Source: Lophium mytilinum
Lineage: Eukaryota
Assembly: GCA_010093605.1 (NCBI GenBank)
Contig: MU004188.1
Location: 1,875,918 to 1,939,917 of the forward strand
DNA length: 64,000 nucleotides
Reading direction: 5' to 3'
The notes below the pieces were generated by a model that was not told where the DNA came from, made no database searches, and saw only the letters and a list, made by a program, of their open reading frames with translations. Positions 50,275 to 62,521 of this stretch are shown here, in pieces. A program made the position numbers and the translations under genes. Positions within the stretch are counted from its first letter, which is position 1, and each line of letters starts with the position of its first letter.

Positions 50275-51460
50275 GTTCTAAATCAGGTCGCCGTCAAAAT
50301 GATAGGAACAAGCTACCGGAGCACCTCTATAGAAAGACTGAGAAGTCCGGTTACAAAAAGTCACATTTCTAACCGTGAACCAGGTCGCCGTTGAAAGGAT
50401 TATAAGAGCCTACTGGAGTACTTCCGTGAAATATTACAGACTCTAGTTACAAGAAGTCACATTTCTAACCGGGCGAAATAGGCACTTTTCATGACTAAAG
50501 AAAGACATCCTAAATTAGATCATCGTTAAGAGTATTAAGACAGCCTACCGGAGCATCTCTGCGAAAATGTTGCAGAGTCCACTTACAAAAAGTCATATTT
50601 GTAACCGTGCGAAATAGTCACTTTCCATGACTAAAGCAAGACGTCCTAAATCAGGTCGCCGTTAAAAGAATAACTAGAAGCTACCGGAGGACCTCCGTGC
50701 AGACATTATAAACTCTGGTTACAAGAAGTCACATTTCTAACCGCATAAGTCAATTTTTGTTGGACACGGAGGGCACACTGCGTGGTTTCTTTTCGCAACT
50801 AGAGTAGGGGCCGTCTGAATCGAGTCACCGTTTTGAGGATCACGCCAGCCTTCTGGAGCACCTCCATAGCGCTCTTGTAGGGCTTGGTTACAAATAGTCA
50901 CAGTTCTAAACGCGTGGATTGACATTGCTAAGTGCTTTAAAACGCCGAAGCAAGGGGGTCCAAATCGAGTCTCCGTTTAGAGGATGATGTAGACCTTCCG
51001 GAGCTCCTCGGCCCAGTTTATGATAAGCCTAGTTACAAAGAGTCACATATTTAACCGCATGGACCCAGTTTTGTTAGACGCGAAGGGCACGCGGCGTCAA
51101 CACCGGGTAGTTGCTTTTAATCACCGAAGTAAGGGTATTGATATCGAGTAGCCATTAAGAGGTTGATGATAGATTACCCGGAGACCCTACTGGAGAATTA
51201 GAATCAGTCAGTCACAAGAACTTACAGATCTGACAGTGTGAAGCTCTTTTTAGTAGACGCGAGGGCACGCGGTGTTCACTCGGGGTGGTTACTTCTTCTA
51301 CAATGAACCAGATTCGAAGCCTTCGAATCAGGCTGAGAGAAACAGGATGGGAGAAGTCATCGAAGGACCCCGAAGACGCTTTAGTGATTTTTCTTTCAAG
51401 TTCTCACAGATGTGACTGCCTAAGTCGATTTTTGTTAGACGCTGAGGGGTACGCCGCGTG
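50275..51460. repeat. Degenerate tandem array, about 8 units of 96-182 bp, with core GGTTACAARAAGTCACATTTCTAACC
   Basis: Cores start at 50349, 50445, 50581, 50717, 50886, 51031, about 51210 and about 51392. The flanking motifs CAGGTCGCCGTT and GCCTACCGGAGCACCTC also recur. Confidence 0.85.
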
Positions 51461-51539
51461 CATTTAGCATTGCTGTTTCTTTCACCGCAATCAACCGGAA
51501 TACTCTCGATAGACGCGCTGGAGACACGAATGCATTTTG

Positions 51540-51939
51540 TGGAGATAGTACAGCACGATCGCATTCGCGACCGCGTTCTTATATGGAGCATCTTGTATCT
51601 TTTCTGCAAAGACGTAGAGGTTGGCCAGGCGAAGAATCCTTCTTTCGCCAATAAGGTCGCCATTTTTCCTAGGACAGCGAGTTCGCTAGTGCAGAGGTAG
51701 TAGACATACAACATAGAGACCTCGAGGTCGTCTTTTAGTAGCGCTACGACGTGGGCTTCGGATCTCTTCTAGTTTCTATTCAGGGCTCGTTCGGAGAATT
51801 TGGAACTGGACCGGAGAAGTGTGTCGTCGACTAGAAATACTTCGCTGTTAGTGCACTTGCCGACGCAGACTTTGATTGTAGCTCGGCCAACGTAGTAAAG
51901 CTTTCGTCTTTTGGGCTCCCGGGAATCTTCGAGAGGCAT
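51540..51939 (-). pseudogene. BTB/POZ-domain pseudogene
   Basis: TIKVCVG..FLVDDTLLRSSSKF..ALNRN*KRSEAHVVALLKDDLEV..YVYYLCT has TAG where W is typical (51769-51771). After a frameshift it continues LANLYVFAEKIQDAPYKNAV. Confidence 0.75.
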
Positions 51940-53208
51940 GTTGTAGTATGAAAACAACTTGTACCTACCTATAAAGTCCAGGATGTTCGACGATTTTCCG
52001 TCTTTTAGGAAGCATATGCTCATCCCTCGCATTTGCATCTCTTAGTCTTCCAACTCTTACCATCTTTTTTCATCAAAGGCGATGTGTCTTCTCCGTTCCG
52101 TTCCTCTGCGGAGCGTTGTGTAGTTGATCGAAATTTTTCCACTACATAAGCTCTATCTAGTTATTAGCAATCGTTGCTGTTTGCTATTACTAAGTCCGGT
52201 ACTAACGGTCAATTCACAATGATACTAGCTAGGACATCCAGACGACAATGCTGACTTTTTTGACTGCCTGTCCAATGATAGCCCACATCGTCAATTTCCC
52301 CAATTTTGCTCCCCCTCCAATCCGCGAAGCACTCCATCATACGACGCGCCATCATGTTTTGATCCCCGCATTGCAGACACCATAGAGGTCTATTTGATTA
52401 GCCTCCAGCCCTCTCGATTCCTGCACTGGGAACTTGTTTCTCCGCTATCGACAATCAAACATCCAAGGAGCAGTGAGCTTTTATAGCTCAAAAAAAGAAG
52501 CTTGAGCCTACATTAGTCAGAAGTCACGGGTAGCGCAGACGAGCAAGTGACTGAAAGAGAGATACCACGGGATGCGCGGAAGTAACAGCGGAATAAAGGC
52601 TCATTACATCCGCGAGCGGCTGGCACGGGGCTAGAGAAACGAATTAGGTCCTCGGTGTTGTAATAAGATAGGCTTCTTGGAGACCGTCGGAATGTTATGT
52701 TACACAAGTTTTAGTATCATCGTATTGAAGCTCTCTTTGTTGATCTTTTGTGGAGGTCAGCTTTCAAAATTCGAAAGAGATCAATCATCAATGTGTACTT
52801 ACAGTACTGATGTAAATCTTCTCCTTGCTACGGTCTGTGTTTTGTTTGGTCTGATGAGGGCGAACGGTTGTAGCTTGGCGGTCTGAGAAAATCGGCTCGA
52901 GATAATACAAGCATAGACAATCAAAGCAATGATAACTTACGGCATACATCACATGAGTTCAGAGAAATTGGTTTGGGGTTAAGGAATTGCATTCTAGTAG
53001 GCCATGTGTCCAATCTACTCTACTCGCACTTCTTCAGAAAGACGGCGTAGAAAGGTAAGGGACGAAAGAAAAAGCCGGAAACAAAAAATCATTTCTCCAG
53101 TGTGACTTGAAGAATGAGCGAGACGCAGAAGTAAGAAACTCCTCATTCTCGAGATTTTCTAGAGAATGAGCGAGGAAGAAGGAACAGTCTGGAGCTTCTT
53201 GATAGCTC

Positions 53209-54282
53209 CTAGACAGAGCGCTGAGCTCGGCCTACGAATCGTTTGGCGATCTTGCCATTCTGGCACTTTGTTCCAGCGGCAACGGGCTGCCATATGACAT
53301 TGCCGAAGTTGCAGATACCATATTGGTCTTCACCTTTGCAAACGATGTCGCCGTTTTTGCTGCAAGTACCGCCGCCGCCTCCAGTCGAAGGAGACCCGGA
53401 TGGAGCTACTGGGATGGACGGAGCTGCTGGAACGGATGGAACTGCTGGAACGGAAGAAGCCGCTGGAGCGGAGGGAGCTGCAGAGTCAGGTGGCGAGCCA
53501 GTCACCGTAACGAGCGTCGAGGGTGTAGAAGCCATGAGGCCAGTAGGGGGTCCGCTCATTGAGGGAGCTGATGGGGCGACAGTGTTCGGCATCGTCGCAG
53601 GCTGAGTGCCTTGACCGCCACCTGGAGGCGCAGGACCACCACAAAGGCCAAGAAATGGTCCATTTCCGATGACAGTGACATGTTCTCCTGGATTCTCGTA
53701 CTTGTAATCGCTTCCCGCTGTGGTCTTACACTTATTTTGCGAATCGATGTTGGCTACGGCCATATCGGGAAGCTGGTCGAAAGCGGAGTGATCGGACGCA
53801 CCCCCGGAAACTGTAATAGGCGCACACGAAGTGTAGAATTCCCTGTTGCCCACTTTATTTTGCCAAGACCATATGAAAGTGGACTCTCCATTGGGTACTT
53901 CCTTAGGAATACTGAACGGGAAGGTGCTGGGGCCATTATTTCCAGGGCCATTTCCGGGACATCCGCCTTCAATGGAGTAAATCACCTTGAATTTTGAATC
54001 CTTTGTGGGCTTCTTATCCATAGTGACTGACAACTGGCACGAACCGCCCCCATGAGTTGCAGTGCCGGTGAACGATAGCGTTAGGTTCTCTCCGACTTTC
54101 ATGTTGTTCATCGTGGCGACCTCGTAGGGTATGTTCTTGCAGGGGAAGTTTGCGCCGGATTCGACGAGCGGACTGTTGTCTTGACCACTGAAAGGAACTG
54201 GTGTCTTCATAAACATATGCCCGGAGACACCTGTCATGAGTATAGTGCCAAAGAAGGCGGCGGTGATGCCCGACTTGAACAT
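53209..54282 (-). CDS. AA11 lytic polysaccharide monooxygenase with Ser/Pro linker and C-terminal Cys module
   Basis: Signal peptide followed by mature His1 (G|HMFMKTPVP). NSPL..SGANFPCK, ATHGGGSCQLS, WSWQNKVGNREFY and C-terminal C..NG..VC..YGIC..G..W..VAAGTKC. Confidence 0.9.
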   Translation of the reverse strand: MFKSGITAAFFGTILMTGVSGHMFMKTPVPFSGQDNSPLVESGANFPCKNIPYEVATMNNMKVGENLTLSFTGTATHGGGSCQLSVTMDKKPTKDSKFKVIYSIEGGCPGNGPGNNGPSTFPFSIPKEVPNGESTFIWSWQNKVGNREFYTSCAPITVSGGASDHSAFDQLPDMAVANIDSQNKCKTTAGSDYKYENPGEHVTVIGNGPFLGLCGGPAPPGGGQGTQPATMPNTVAPSAPSMSGPPTGLMASTPSTLVTVTGSPPDSAAPSAPAASSVPAVPSVPAAPSIPVAPSGSPSTGGGGGTCSKNGDIVCKGEDQYGICNFGNVIWQPVAAGTKCQNGKIAKRFVGRAQRSV

Positions 54283-55568
54283 GGCCGTGGTTGTGTGGAT
54301 TTGAGTAATGTGGTGAGAAGCTTTGGGTATGGTTGTAGAAAGAAGCTTTCTGTTCGGGTTTCGAGTTTGAACCTGCTGTTTGTTTGTAGAAGGTTCTGGT
54401 TGTGAGTTGTGTGAGGTTTCTGGTGATAAAATGATGGGGAGGGGTCTCTTGGGGGATTTATAGGTAGAGGAAGAGCGCTTAAACAATGTGACTGTGCACG
54501 TTGTAGAATACGTTGTGCTCATACACTGATATGTAAACACCTGTAAGGTCATACTGAATACTATGAGAGATTCTGCTCGGAAGTGTCGGAGCTCATGGGA
54601 AAACAATGCAATAATTCTTTTGGGGGTGACTCAATAAAGCCATTGTGAGTTTCTGAATGACCGAGACAATGAAACAAAGAGATTGTATTTGTTTTGCTGG
54701 CGGGTTAGCCACGAGTAGAAGTGAGATTCGTGAAGACAGCAAGGACCGACTATTCGACTATGGTAGGGTCGCGGTATTTCGAGGTATGGAGATATAATAG
54801 CAATAATCTTTAACCATCATCTTGATGTATGAACAGAGGTCAACCGCTGCTCCAAGATAGGGATATCCTGCGAAGATGCCGCTCCACGCTATTGCATGGT
54901 TCGAAGGAGTGGTAACGGCCCAAGTGGAACACATATCGAGTGCTAGACGTTGCCATAAGTTCAGTCATAGCTCCGATTGTAGACGACCAAGCTAAAGAGC
55001 GCTTCGAGGTGTTTATGTCTTGCAAACGCTCCCTGACAATTGTTTCTGACTCTTTATTCGCCATTTACGGTCCAAAGACATGATGAGCCATGCTGATGAC
55101 AGAAGCGGAGCCAGAGGTACGACTAAATGGCGGGAGTTTTAGATAACTTTAAGAAAGGTGATGTGAAGTTCCGATGTCAGAAAGTCTGTGACATTGGAGA
55201 TGGGCTTCTGAAGATGGAGAAAGTAGAGGCTCGGGCGAAGCAAGGAGAGAGGCATAGGTTGTCGTTGTGATACGCTAGTCTCTTTCCAATTAGCGCATCT
55301 TGGCGACGTTCCTGAGCAAAGCGCAACGGGCAGCTTTTGGAGACCATCAACGCGCCGCATTCACCGCGACCCTTGCGGTTCCGCCAATCCACGACCATTT
55401 CCGTCCCTCGCCACCGAGAAGCGGTCGCATTCACGCGCTCACCCAGCCGGAACTCTGCGCCTTCTGCTGTTGCCCACGGTTCCGACGCGTCTGGGATTCC
55501 TAGGATTCCTTCGAACCTCCCGTCTGCAGCTTCACCTTTTTGTGAGCGCATCGCGCAACGCTACCACC

Positions 55569-57508
55569 ATGTCCTCGATGGGGAAGATCAACCCCCCGCA
55601 AGCCTTCATATCGAGTTATGCGCCGCGACTGCGAACATACGGAAATTCGCTGATTTCACCAATCGTCCCCCCTGCGAACACGCTTCCAATCCCCCGAACC
55701 ACGAAACGAGGAACCACCGCCATCAACTACGCCGAAGATGGGTACGACGATGAAGATTTTGATAGCGAAGGGCCCAGGCGACCAACTGGCCTCCGGAGCT
55801 TGAGGCGGGATGAAACGAACGTAGACAAAGCTGGCCAGATCGCGGAGCTTGGGAAAGAGCTCACCGCGCCTGTCGAGGTGCAAGGGATATGGAGAGACTG
55901 GATGGGCAAGCCCAAGGGTTCCAAGTAAGCGGGGATCTGTTATTTGTTATTGTGTGGATTGTTGGCTAATGATCGCTAGGGTCAGGACCGAGAGACAGCT
56001 CCAGATCCAGTCCGCTCTACCTCTCACTCTCATACCCATTCGAATAGACCTTGACATCCAGCCTTTCCGACCTGATGCGCCGCTTCCCACACCCAACAAT
56101 GCGCGAGATTTCGGTATTGATGAGAGTCTACCCGCCTACAAACAGCCAGAGATGACACCAGCATTCCGATTGAAGGACGCTTTCCTATGGAATCTTCACG
56201 AGGCCCTCACAACTCCAGACCAGTTCGCCAAGGTCTTCGTTGACGAACTCGACTTTCCCAACGATCGAAAGCCCGCGTTGGTCATGACCATCGCAGGACA
56301 GATCCGACAGCAACTGGAAGAGTACGCTGGCGTAGCCCTACACCCTCTGTTTCACTCGACAACAAGCACAGCAAATGATGGTAATGCAGTCAAATTAGTA
56401 CAGCCTGCGCCATCGCGAGATGAGTCATCTACGCCTGCCCCCGCCTTGAATGGAATGTCTTCTATCCTATCAAATATCTCGAATTTCTCGAATGGCAGCA
56501 ATGGAACCCCTGGTACACAAACACCCGTCAAAGCGACAAATGGCGTCAACGGTATCACGGCAACCGCGACCCCATTACCCGAAGAAGATATTCACAACCC
56601 GGACGACACATATCGCTGCATCATCAATCTCAACATCAACCTCCTGAATCGCCTCTACAGTGACAAGTTCGAATGGTCCCTCCTGCACCCTCCTGGATTT
56701 GCTGAAGTATTCGCAAAACAGACATGCGCCGACCTTGGACTCGCCGGTGAATGGGTTCCGGCGATGACACATGCCATCTACGAGGCTGTTCTACGATTGA
56801 AAAAGGAGGCCTGTGAGAACGGTGGCTTGGTTGGCGGATATGGCGAGATCGACAACGATGCTGCTGAAGGCGCGGAAGCCGGTTGGCGGTACGATCACGA
56901 GCACCTCTGCGATGAGTGGGAACCGAAAGTCGAGATTCTGTCCAAGGAGGAGATTGAAAAACGCGAGGGCGATCGCGAAAGGCAGATTCGAAGATTAAGG
57001 CGAGAGACCGCAAGATTCTCCTCGACAGCGAATATGACAGGCGGCATGCCCCAGGGCGGCGACTTCTTTGCCAATCCAGAATCACAAGAGCAAGCAATGG
57101 GTAGGGGAGAAAGGAATAAGAAGAAGAGACGGTTCAGAAGTCTGAGTCCGGTGTCAAGAGACACACCGGATGTGGGTGGCACAGGCTATGGAGGTCAAGG
57201 TGGTGGACTGCAGGAGTGGTGAGTGTTTGTTCGACTCTTACATCCACGTCACTTTGCTAACATGATGCGCAGGGAGCGACAAAACTGGCGATGCGCGCAC
57301 TGCTGGGTCTGGGGTTCCGCAGTCTGGGCTGTGAGAGACGGACCAAACGGCCCAAGAGTGAGTCTTCCGCCCGTATCGTCATTTGATCATGACTGACATA
57401 TGACAGACGCTCTGCAACAACTGTGGCCTGCTCTACGAACGCGACAAGCGACTCCCACCTTGGTCCAAAGACAACTTCCTTCACGAGAAGGCTTATGGAA
57501 CTCGGTGA
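55569..57508 (+). CDS. SFH1: RSC complex subunit (SNF5 domain) with a C-terminal GATA-like zinc finger
   Basis: QAFISSYAPRLR, LIPIRIDLD, FLWNLHE, DKFEWSL and W.PKVEILSKEEIEKRE motifs. Spliced CAHC..W..RDGPNGP.TLCNNCG. Three introns. Confidence 0.9.
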
Positions 57509-58339
57509 TTGGATATCGTGTTCTGATCTGTTCTTTTTCAATTATCTAACCCTTTCTCTGTAGAACTCCGGCCATTCCTTGGGCCGCGTGGAAAGACATT
57601 CCAGAGCATTACCGGAACTACGAGCTGGACAGCCTCGTTAGGCTTTACGGGCTTTACAGCACTATAGCCATCAAACTACCGGTGGATCCGGCACTTCTAT
57701 CTCTATTAGACCCCGATCCTTCTTCAAACCTTGGGTAGATGATGCCGTGTTACGGGCTTCGACGAGTCGCCTGGCTGAGAAGTAAGCTTTGCTGATCGAA
57801 CTTTCTTGCATGAGCCTGGGCTGGACTAGGCTTTTTATGTGGCATCTTACAGAGCGCGGCGTTGGGTTTGGGATCCTGGTTTGCTGGCTTGTAATACTAG
57901 GTTCCCAAGTGTATTCGGTGGTTAAGGTTATGGGGTTAGGAAATCTGCCTGCTTAAAAGGTATTAACCAAGCTATCGCGCAGGCTTAGTGAGTAGAAATT
58001 TAGGTTGAAGTTATTAATACTCTTGCGTGTTGCATTCTTGCGCTGCTACGAGAAACACTATGATGCTTTCCTTAGGGTACGACCTTGCCGCTCTCTGTGG
58101 TGCTTCAGCACCCAATTATAGTCTGGCGAAAAACACAACGCCTAACAATGTGTCCCATTCTGCGTGGAACCCAAATCAATCACGTGATCCACCAACCGGG
58201 AAAACCCCGGCATGCCTGACATCCCCGTAAATTTATCCAAGCGCAACAGCCTCACCTCCAACCTCGACCTCGACCTCTCACCTCCACATCTTCCTACCTC
58301 ACACTTCCACCGTCCCAAAACTCCCTCCAACCCGCCAAA

Positions 58340-59224
58340 ATGTCCGAATACTGGAAATCCGTCCCGAAATACTGGTGCAAATTCTGCAGCGACTACTTCA
58401 AAGACACGCCTTTCGCGCGGCGCGAGCACGACGCCACCCCCAAGCACCAGCGCAACATCCAGCGCTCGTTGCGGGAGCTGCAGAAGACGCAGGAGCGCGA
58501 ACAGCGCGAGAAGGCGCGCGCGCAGGCGGAGATCGCGCGGCTGAATGGGGTCGTGCCGGGCGTAGCTGGTGCGGCCGGAGTGAGTGAGTTGCCTTGGAAG
58601 GCGAAGGCGGTTGAGAAGAGCACGGGAGAGAAACAACAGGTGACGTTGGAAGAGCGGCGAAGGCAGATGCAGGAGTTGGTGGCGTTGGGGGTGCAGGTGC
58701 CGGAGGCGTATAGGAAGGAGATGGCGATGGTGGGGGGGTGGGAGACTGTGTCGAGTCGGGTGGTTGAGAATAATGATGAGGGGAAGGGGTTTGAGACGTT
58801 GTCGGTGGGGGTGAGGAAGAGGAAGGTTGATGAGGAGGAGGAGGAGGAGGCGAGGGCGGCGGAGGAGGTCGCGTCGAGGCGGAAGGGGTGGGGGCAGGCG
58901 TTTAAGGAGTTTCCGGGGAGTAGGGCGAGCGAGGCGGATTTGGATGTGTTGATGAGTATTGGGAAGAGGGAGAAGGGGGTGAAGAAGGAGGAGGAGGGTA
59001 AGGGGAGTGTGAAGGTTGAGGAGGGTGCGGAGGGTACGCCTGCGAAGCAGAATACGAATGCGGGAGACGAGCCGGCGCCGAAGGAAGAAGAGGCAGAGAA
59101 GAAGTTGAGTGAGGTGCCGGTGGCTGGCGATGCAACCATGCCTCCGGAGGCGAAGGCTGAGGAGAAAGTCGCTGTGCCAGCGGTGGTCTTCAAGAAGCGG
59201 AAGAGGGCTCCGAAGCCTGCTTGA
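58340..59224 (+). CDS. U1-C/matrin-type zinc-finger protein (WBP4/FBP21-like)
   Basis: MSEYWKSVPKYWCKFC..H.....H, GVRKRK and terminal VVFKKRK motifs. Confidence 0.85.
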   Translation: MSEYWKSVPKYWCKFCSDYFKDTPFARREHDATPKHQRNIQRSLRELQKTQEREQREKARAQAEIARLNGVVPGVAGAAGVSELPWKAKAVEKSTGEKQQVTLEERRRQMQELVALGVQVPEAYRKEMAMVGGWETVSSRVVENNDEGKGFETLSVGVRKRKVDEEEEEEARAAEEVASRRKGWGQAFKEFPGSRASEADLDVLMSIGKREKGVKKEEEGKGSVKVEEGAEGTPAKQNTNAGDEPAPKEEEAEKKLSEVPVAGDATMPPEAKAEEKVAVPAVVFKKRKRAPKPA

Positions 59225-59906
59225 GTCAGGACGATGTGCGACTACTACGATACCCAAACCCGAGGAGCACTAGAAGAGCCACGACAAAACACCAGCTTCA
59301 CATAGTACACCCATCGACCTTCTGGGTACCCAGATTACTATCACTTAACCCATCAAGCTGGAGACAACCTTATCGACAGCGACAATAGCGGCTCGCCACA
59401 CTCAAATCATCATACTACACCAGTATAGCCTCTGATCTTGTCAGAAACGACTAGCGATGAGCATAGTGTATGTTACAAAAGCACTTATAGCTCATACTGG
59501 GATGCGCTACCCTCGCTGTCCTGGCATTATGAGCTTTTTTGTTGCATGTCATAGAAGGAGGTGTATGTGTACTTCTTCTCCATGACCCACAATCACTGAC
59601 ACCTTGGAAAGGATTAAACCCAACAGGACCGGGCGAGGTTCCGAAAGATGGACCGACAGCTGCCCCCACAAAAAGTCGGCTAGTGGAGTTCAGAGGCACA
59701 AAGCGTGGATAGGAAATGGCTTTGCTAGCCCACATAAACTGGCAATCAATCAAACCAATTTCACTTCCAAAGTCATGCTTATTCGGGTATATGTATTTTG
59801 TTGCTATTGCTTGCACCAATCTAACCCGCAGATATCCATCCTTTATGTGCCGAAACCGCCCACCACCTTAATCCCTAGGCCATGATCAAGTTCCCTTAGA
59901 CATTCT

Positions 59907-60977
59907 TTACTCATCATCGCCAAAGAAAACCTTCACCGGCAACCACGCATCCCCACACACCTTGAAGCGGTCCGGCAGGCTGCTCAGCTTCGTCATCTCC
60001 TCGTCCGTCAGCTCCCACCCGTCCAGCTCGAAATTGCCCTCGATCCGCGACGCCGTCACGCTCTTCGGGATGACGCTGGTGCCGCGCTGCAGGCCCCACT
60101 TCAGCAGCACTTGCTGCACGGACTTGCCCTTGGCTTCGGCGAGGGCTTTCAGCTGGGCGTCTTTGTAGAGCGGCGAGTCGGTGCTGCCGAGGCAGGAGTA
60201 GGCGGTGCAGTGGATGCCTTTGGCTTTGCAGTAGTCGAGGAGCTTGGGGCTGGGAGGGTGAACGTTAGGAGAAGCTCTGGATGGAAGGGGAGGGAACAAA
60301 AGGGCTTACGAAGGGTTGTTGGGGTGCAGCTCGATCTGGTTGACGGCGGGCACGATCTTGGTCGACGGGTCGTTGAGGAGGATCTCGAGGTTCTTGATGG
60401 CGAAGTTGGAGACGCCGATGTTCTTGACGCGGCCGGAAGCGGGGAGCTTTTGGAGCTCTTGCCTGAAAGCTGGGTTAGCTTGATGTCAGCGGTGAGGTGC
60501 TAGGGATGAAACTAACCAGGTCTTGATGAAGTTCCAGTCTGGGAGATGCTTCTTCAGGTCCTTGGGGTCGGTGCTGGAAGGCCAGTGCTATAAATATATA
60601 TCAGCAAACTGATTTTCCTTTGAGTTGATCAGAGGCGTCAAGCTCAAACTTACCATAAGATACAGATCCACATAGTCCACGCCCAAGCTCTTCAAGCTGG
60701 AGGTGATGCCCTCCTCAACGCGGTGGTGCCACGGGTTGTCGAGCTTGGTGGTAATCCAGATCTCCTCGCGGGGGACACCAGAGTCGCGGATTCCCTGTCC
60801 AACCTCCTCCTCATTCTCATACGCCAGGGCCGTGTCAATGTGGCGGTAGCCTTTCTGAAGCGCGACCTTGACAGCATTGCGGACCTCATTGGGCTTGGAT
60901 TGCCATGTTCCCAGGCCAACCGCGGGGATCTTCGCCCCGGTGTTGAGGGTGAACGTAGCAGAAGTGGGATTGAGCAT
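59907..60977 (-). CDS. Aldo-keto reductase (Gcy1/Ypr1-like)
   Basis: GLGTWQ, HIDTA..YENE, ITTKL, YVDLYLMHWP, IGVSNF, NQIELHP and IPKS motifs. Three introns. An alternative upstream ATG lies at 61004. Confidence 0.92.
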
Positions 60978-61437
60978 TCTGAGGGCTTTGGTTGCTTTGA
61001 GCATTCAATGGGTTGTGTTTGGGTTGAGGAAGTCAGAGTGAAAAGAACTGCGAGTGAAATAGAAGTCGAGGATTTGAGAAAGAAAATGGGGCAGGCGCGA
61101 CTACAAATATCTTTCTAACAAACCGTCGCCGCGGACAATGCGCGTTTTACCATCCCTCCTCCATCCCGCTATTTCATCATCAGCGCGCTGCCCCGCCATA
61201 ATTTTTCCACCGGCTAAAGTGCCCCTCTCCCATCTTTGCACCGAGATCAGCGAAACCGGGCGCGGGATTGCTGTTTCGCGTTAAGCAGTGCCCTCTCTAG
61301 CGGCGGAAGCGGCATAGCTTGCGGTAACTTAGCCGGTCGGCGTCGAGGGGCCCTGTTGCGATTTACCACCACTCAATCTGCCGTGTCGACAACCCCACGG
61401 GAATACCGATACTTTATCCCCACAGATTCCCCGGAAC

Positions 61438-62262
61438 ATGTCGCGCTTTGTGCCCGGTGGGACGGTTGACGAGCCTATCGAGCGGGACGACGAATGGGCG
61501 AAGGCGCAGCAGGAGCTGGAGGAAGAGCGGCGGAAGAGGGAGGAGGCGAAGGAGCAGGCCGGGGGAAAGAGTCTCTTTGAGATACTGGAGGCGAATAAAG
61601 GTGGTTACATCTCTCTACCAAGCTGGAAAATTGCCGTGGGAGCCGGGCTGACATGTTAGATCTTGCGTGAAAGCCGCGAAGCAAGAAGCTTTTGAAGAGG
61701 TTAGTCATGAGAGCTTCAACTGCTGTACTAAACAGGAAGGCTAATACGTGTTGTTCAGGCAAATCGCTTCAAGAACCAATTCCGCGCCCTAGACGATGAG
61801 GAAGTCGAGTTCCTCGATGCCGTACTCGATTCCGAACGCGCTAAAGAAGCTGCGATACGGAAGGAGACGCGCGAGCAGCTAGACTCGTTCCGCAAGCAAC
61901 AAGAGGAGGCGGAGAAGGCAGCACTCGTTGAAGATGATATAGCCGTTCCGGAGGAGGAACAACTGTTCGCTGTGGGCCGAAAGCGGAAAAAGGGCAAGGA
62001 GAAGGAATCGTTAAGGGGCGTCAAGCTCAGGAAGTCCTCTTCTTCTGCTTCGGCCGCAAAGCCCCAGATCGAGAAGATTGAGGAGAAGGTAGCTTCGAGC
62101 ACATCAGTCGAGCAATCGAAGCCCAAGGCCTCCAGTCCTGCTGGAGGTGACAAGGGAAAGGCGTCAGCACTAGGAGCATCGCCCTCAGCATCACCGCCAG
62201 TTCAACCACGAAAGCCATCAGTGTTGGGTCTTGCCAACTATTCTTCTGACGAAGACGACTGA
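61438..62262 (+). CDS. FAM192A/Fyv6 (NIP30)-like nuclear protein
   Basis: SRFVPGG, KSLFEILEANK..KQEAFEE..FKNQFRALDDEEVEFLD and terminal LGLANYSSDEDD motifs. Two introns. Confidence 0.88.
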
Positions 62263-62521
62263 GCCGGACGAGTCATCATACGAACGATGCAGCACAAGGA
62301 TGTAAAAGTCTATCCGGTATCAAGACGAAGAAAGATATTGGCGATACATAACTATAATATAATTCTGGATTCTAGGCCAACTTCAAGACACTATCCAACC
62401 CAATTGCTCTTCCTCCCCACTGTAGAGCCTCTTGAAGATCGAGTCTCCGCTTTCATTCTAAACCGTGACCAAACACCTTGTAAACCCTACATCCTGATAC
62501 CCCGCAAGAACCCACCCCAGT

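Noticed and set aside
50275..51460. CRISPR array or integron attC array
   Set aside because: Eukaryotic context, no cas or integrase gene, and the inter-core sequences are homologous to each other and vary from 70 to 156 bp.
58142..59257. Long antisense ORFs (371 and 266 aa), and similar ones opposite other genes
   Set aside because: Shadow frames of a purine-rich coding strand, with low-complexity translations.
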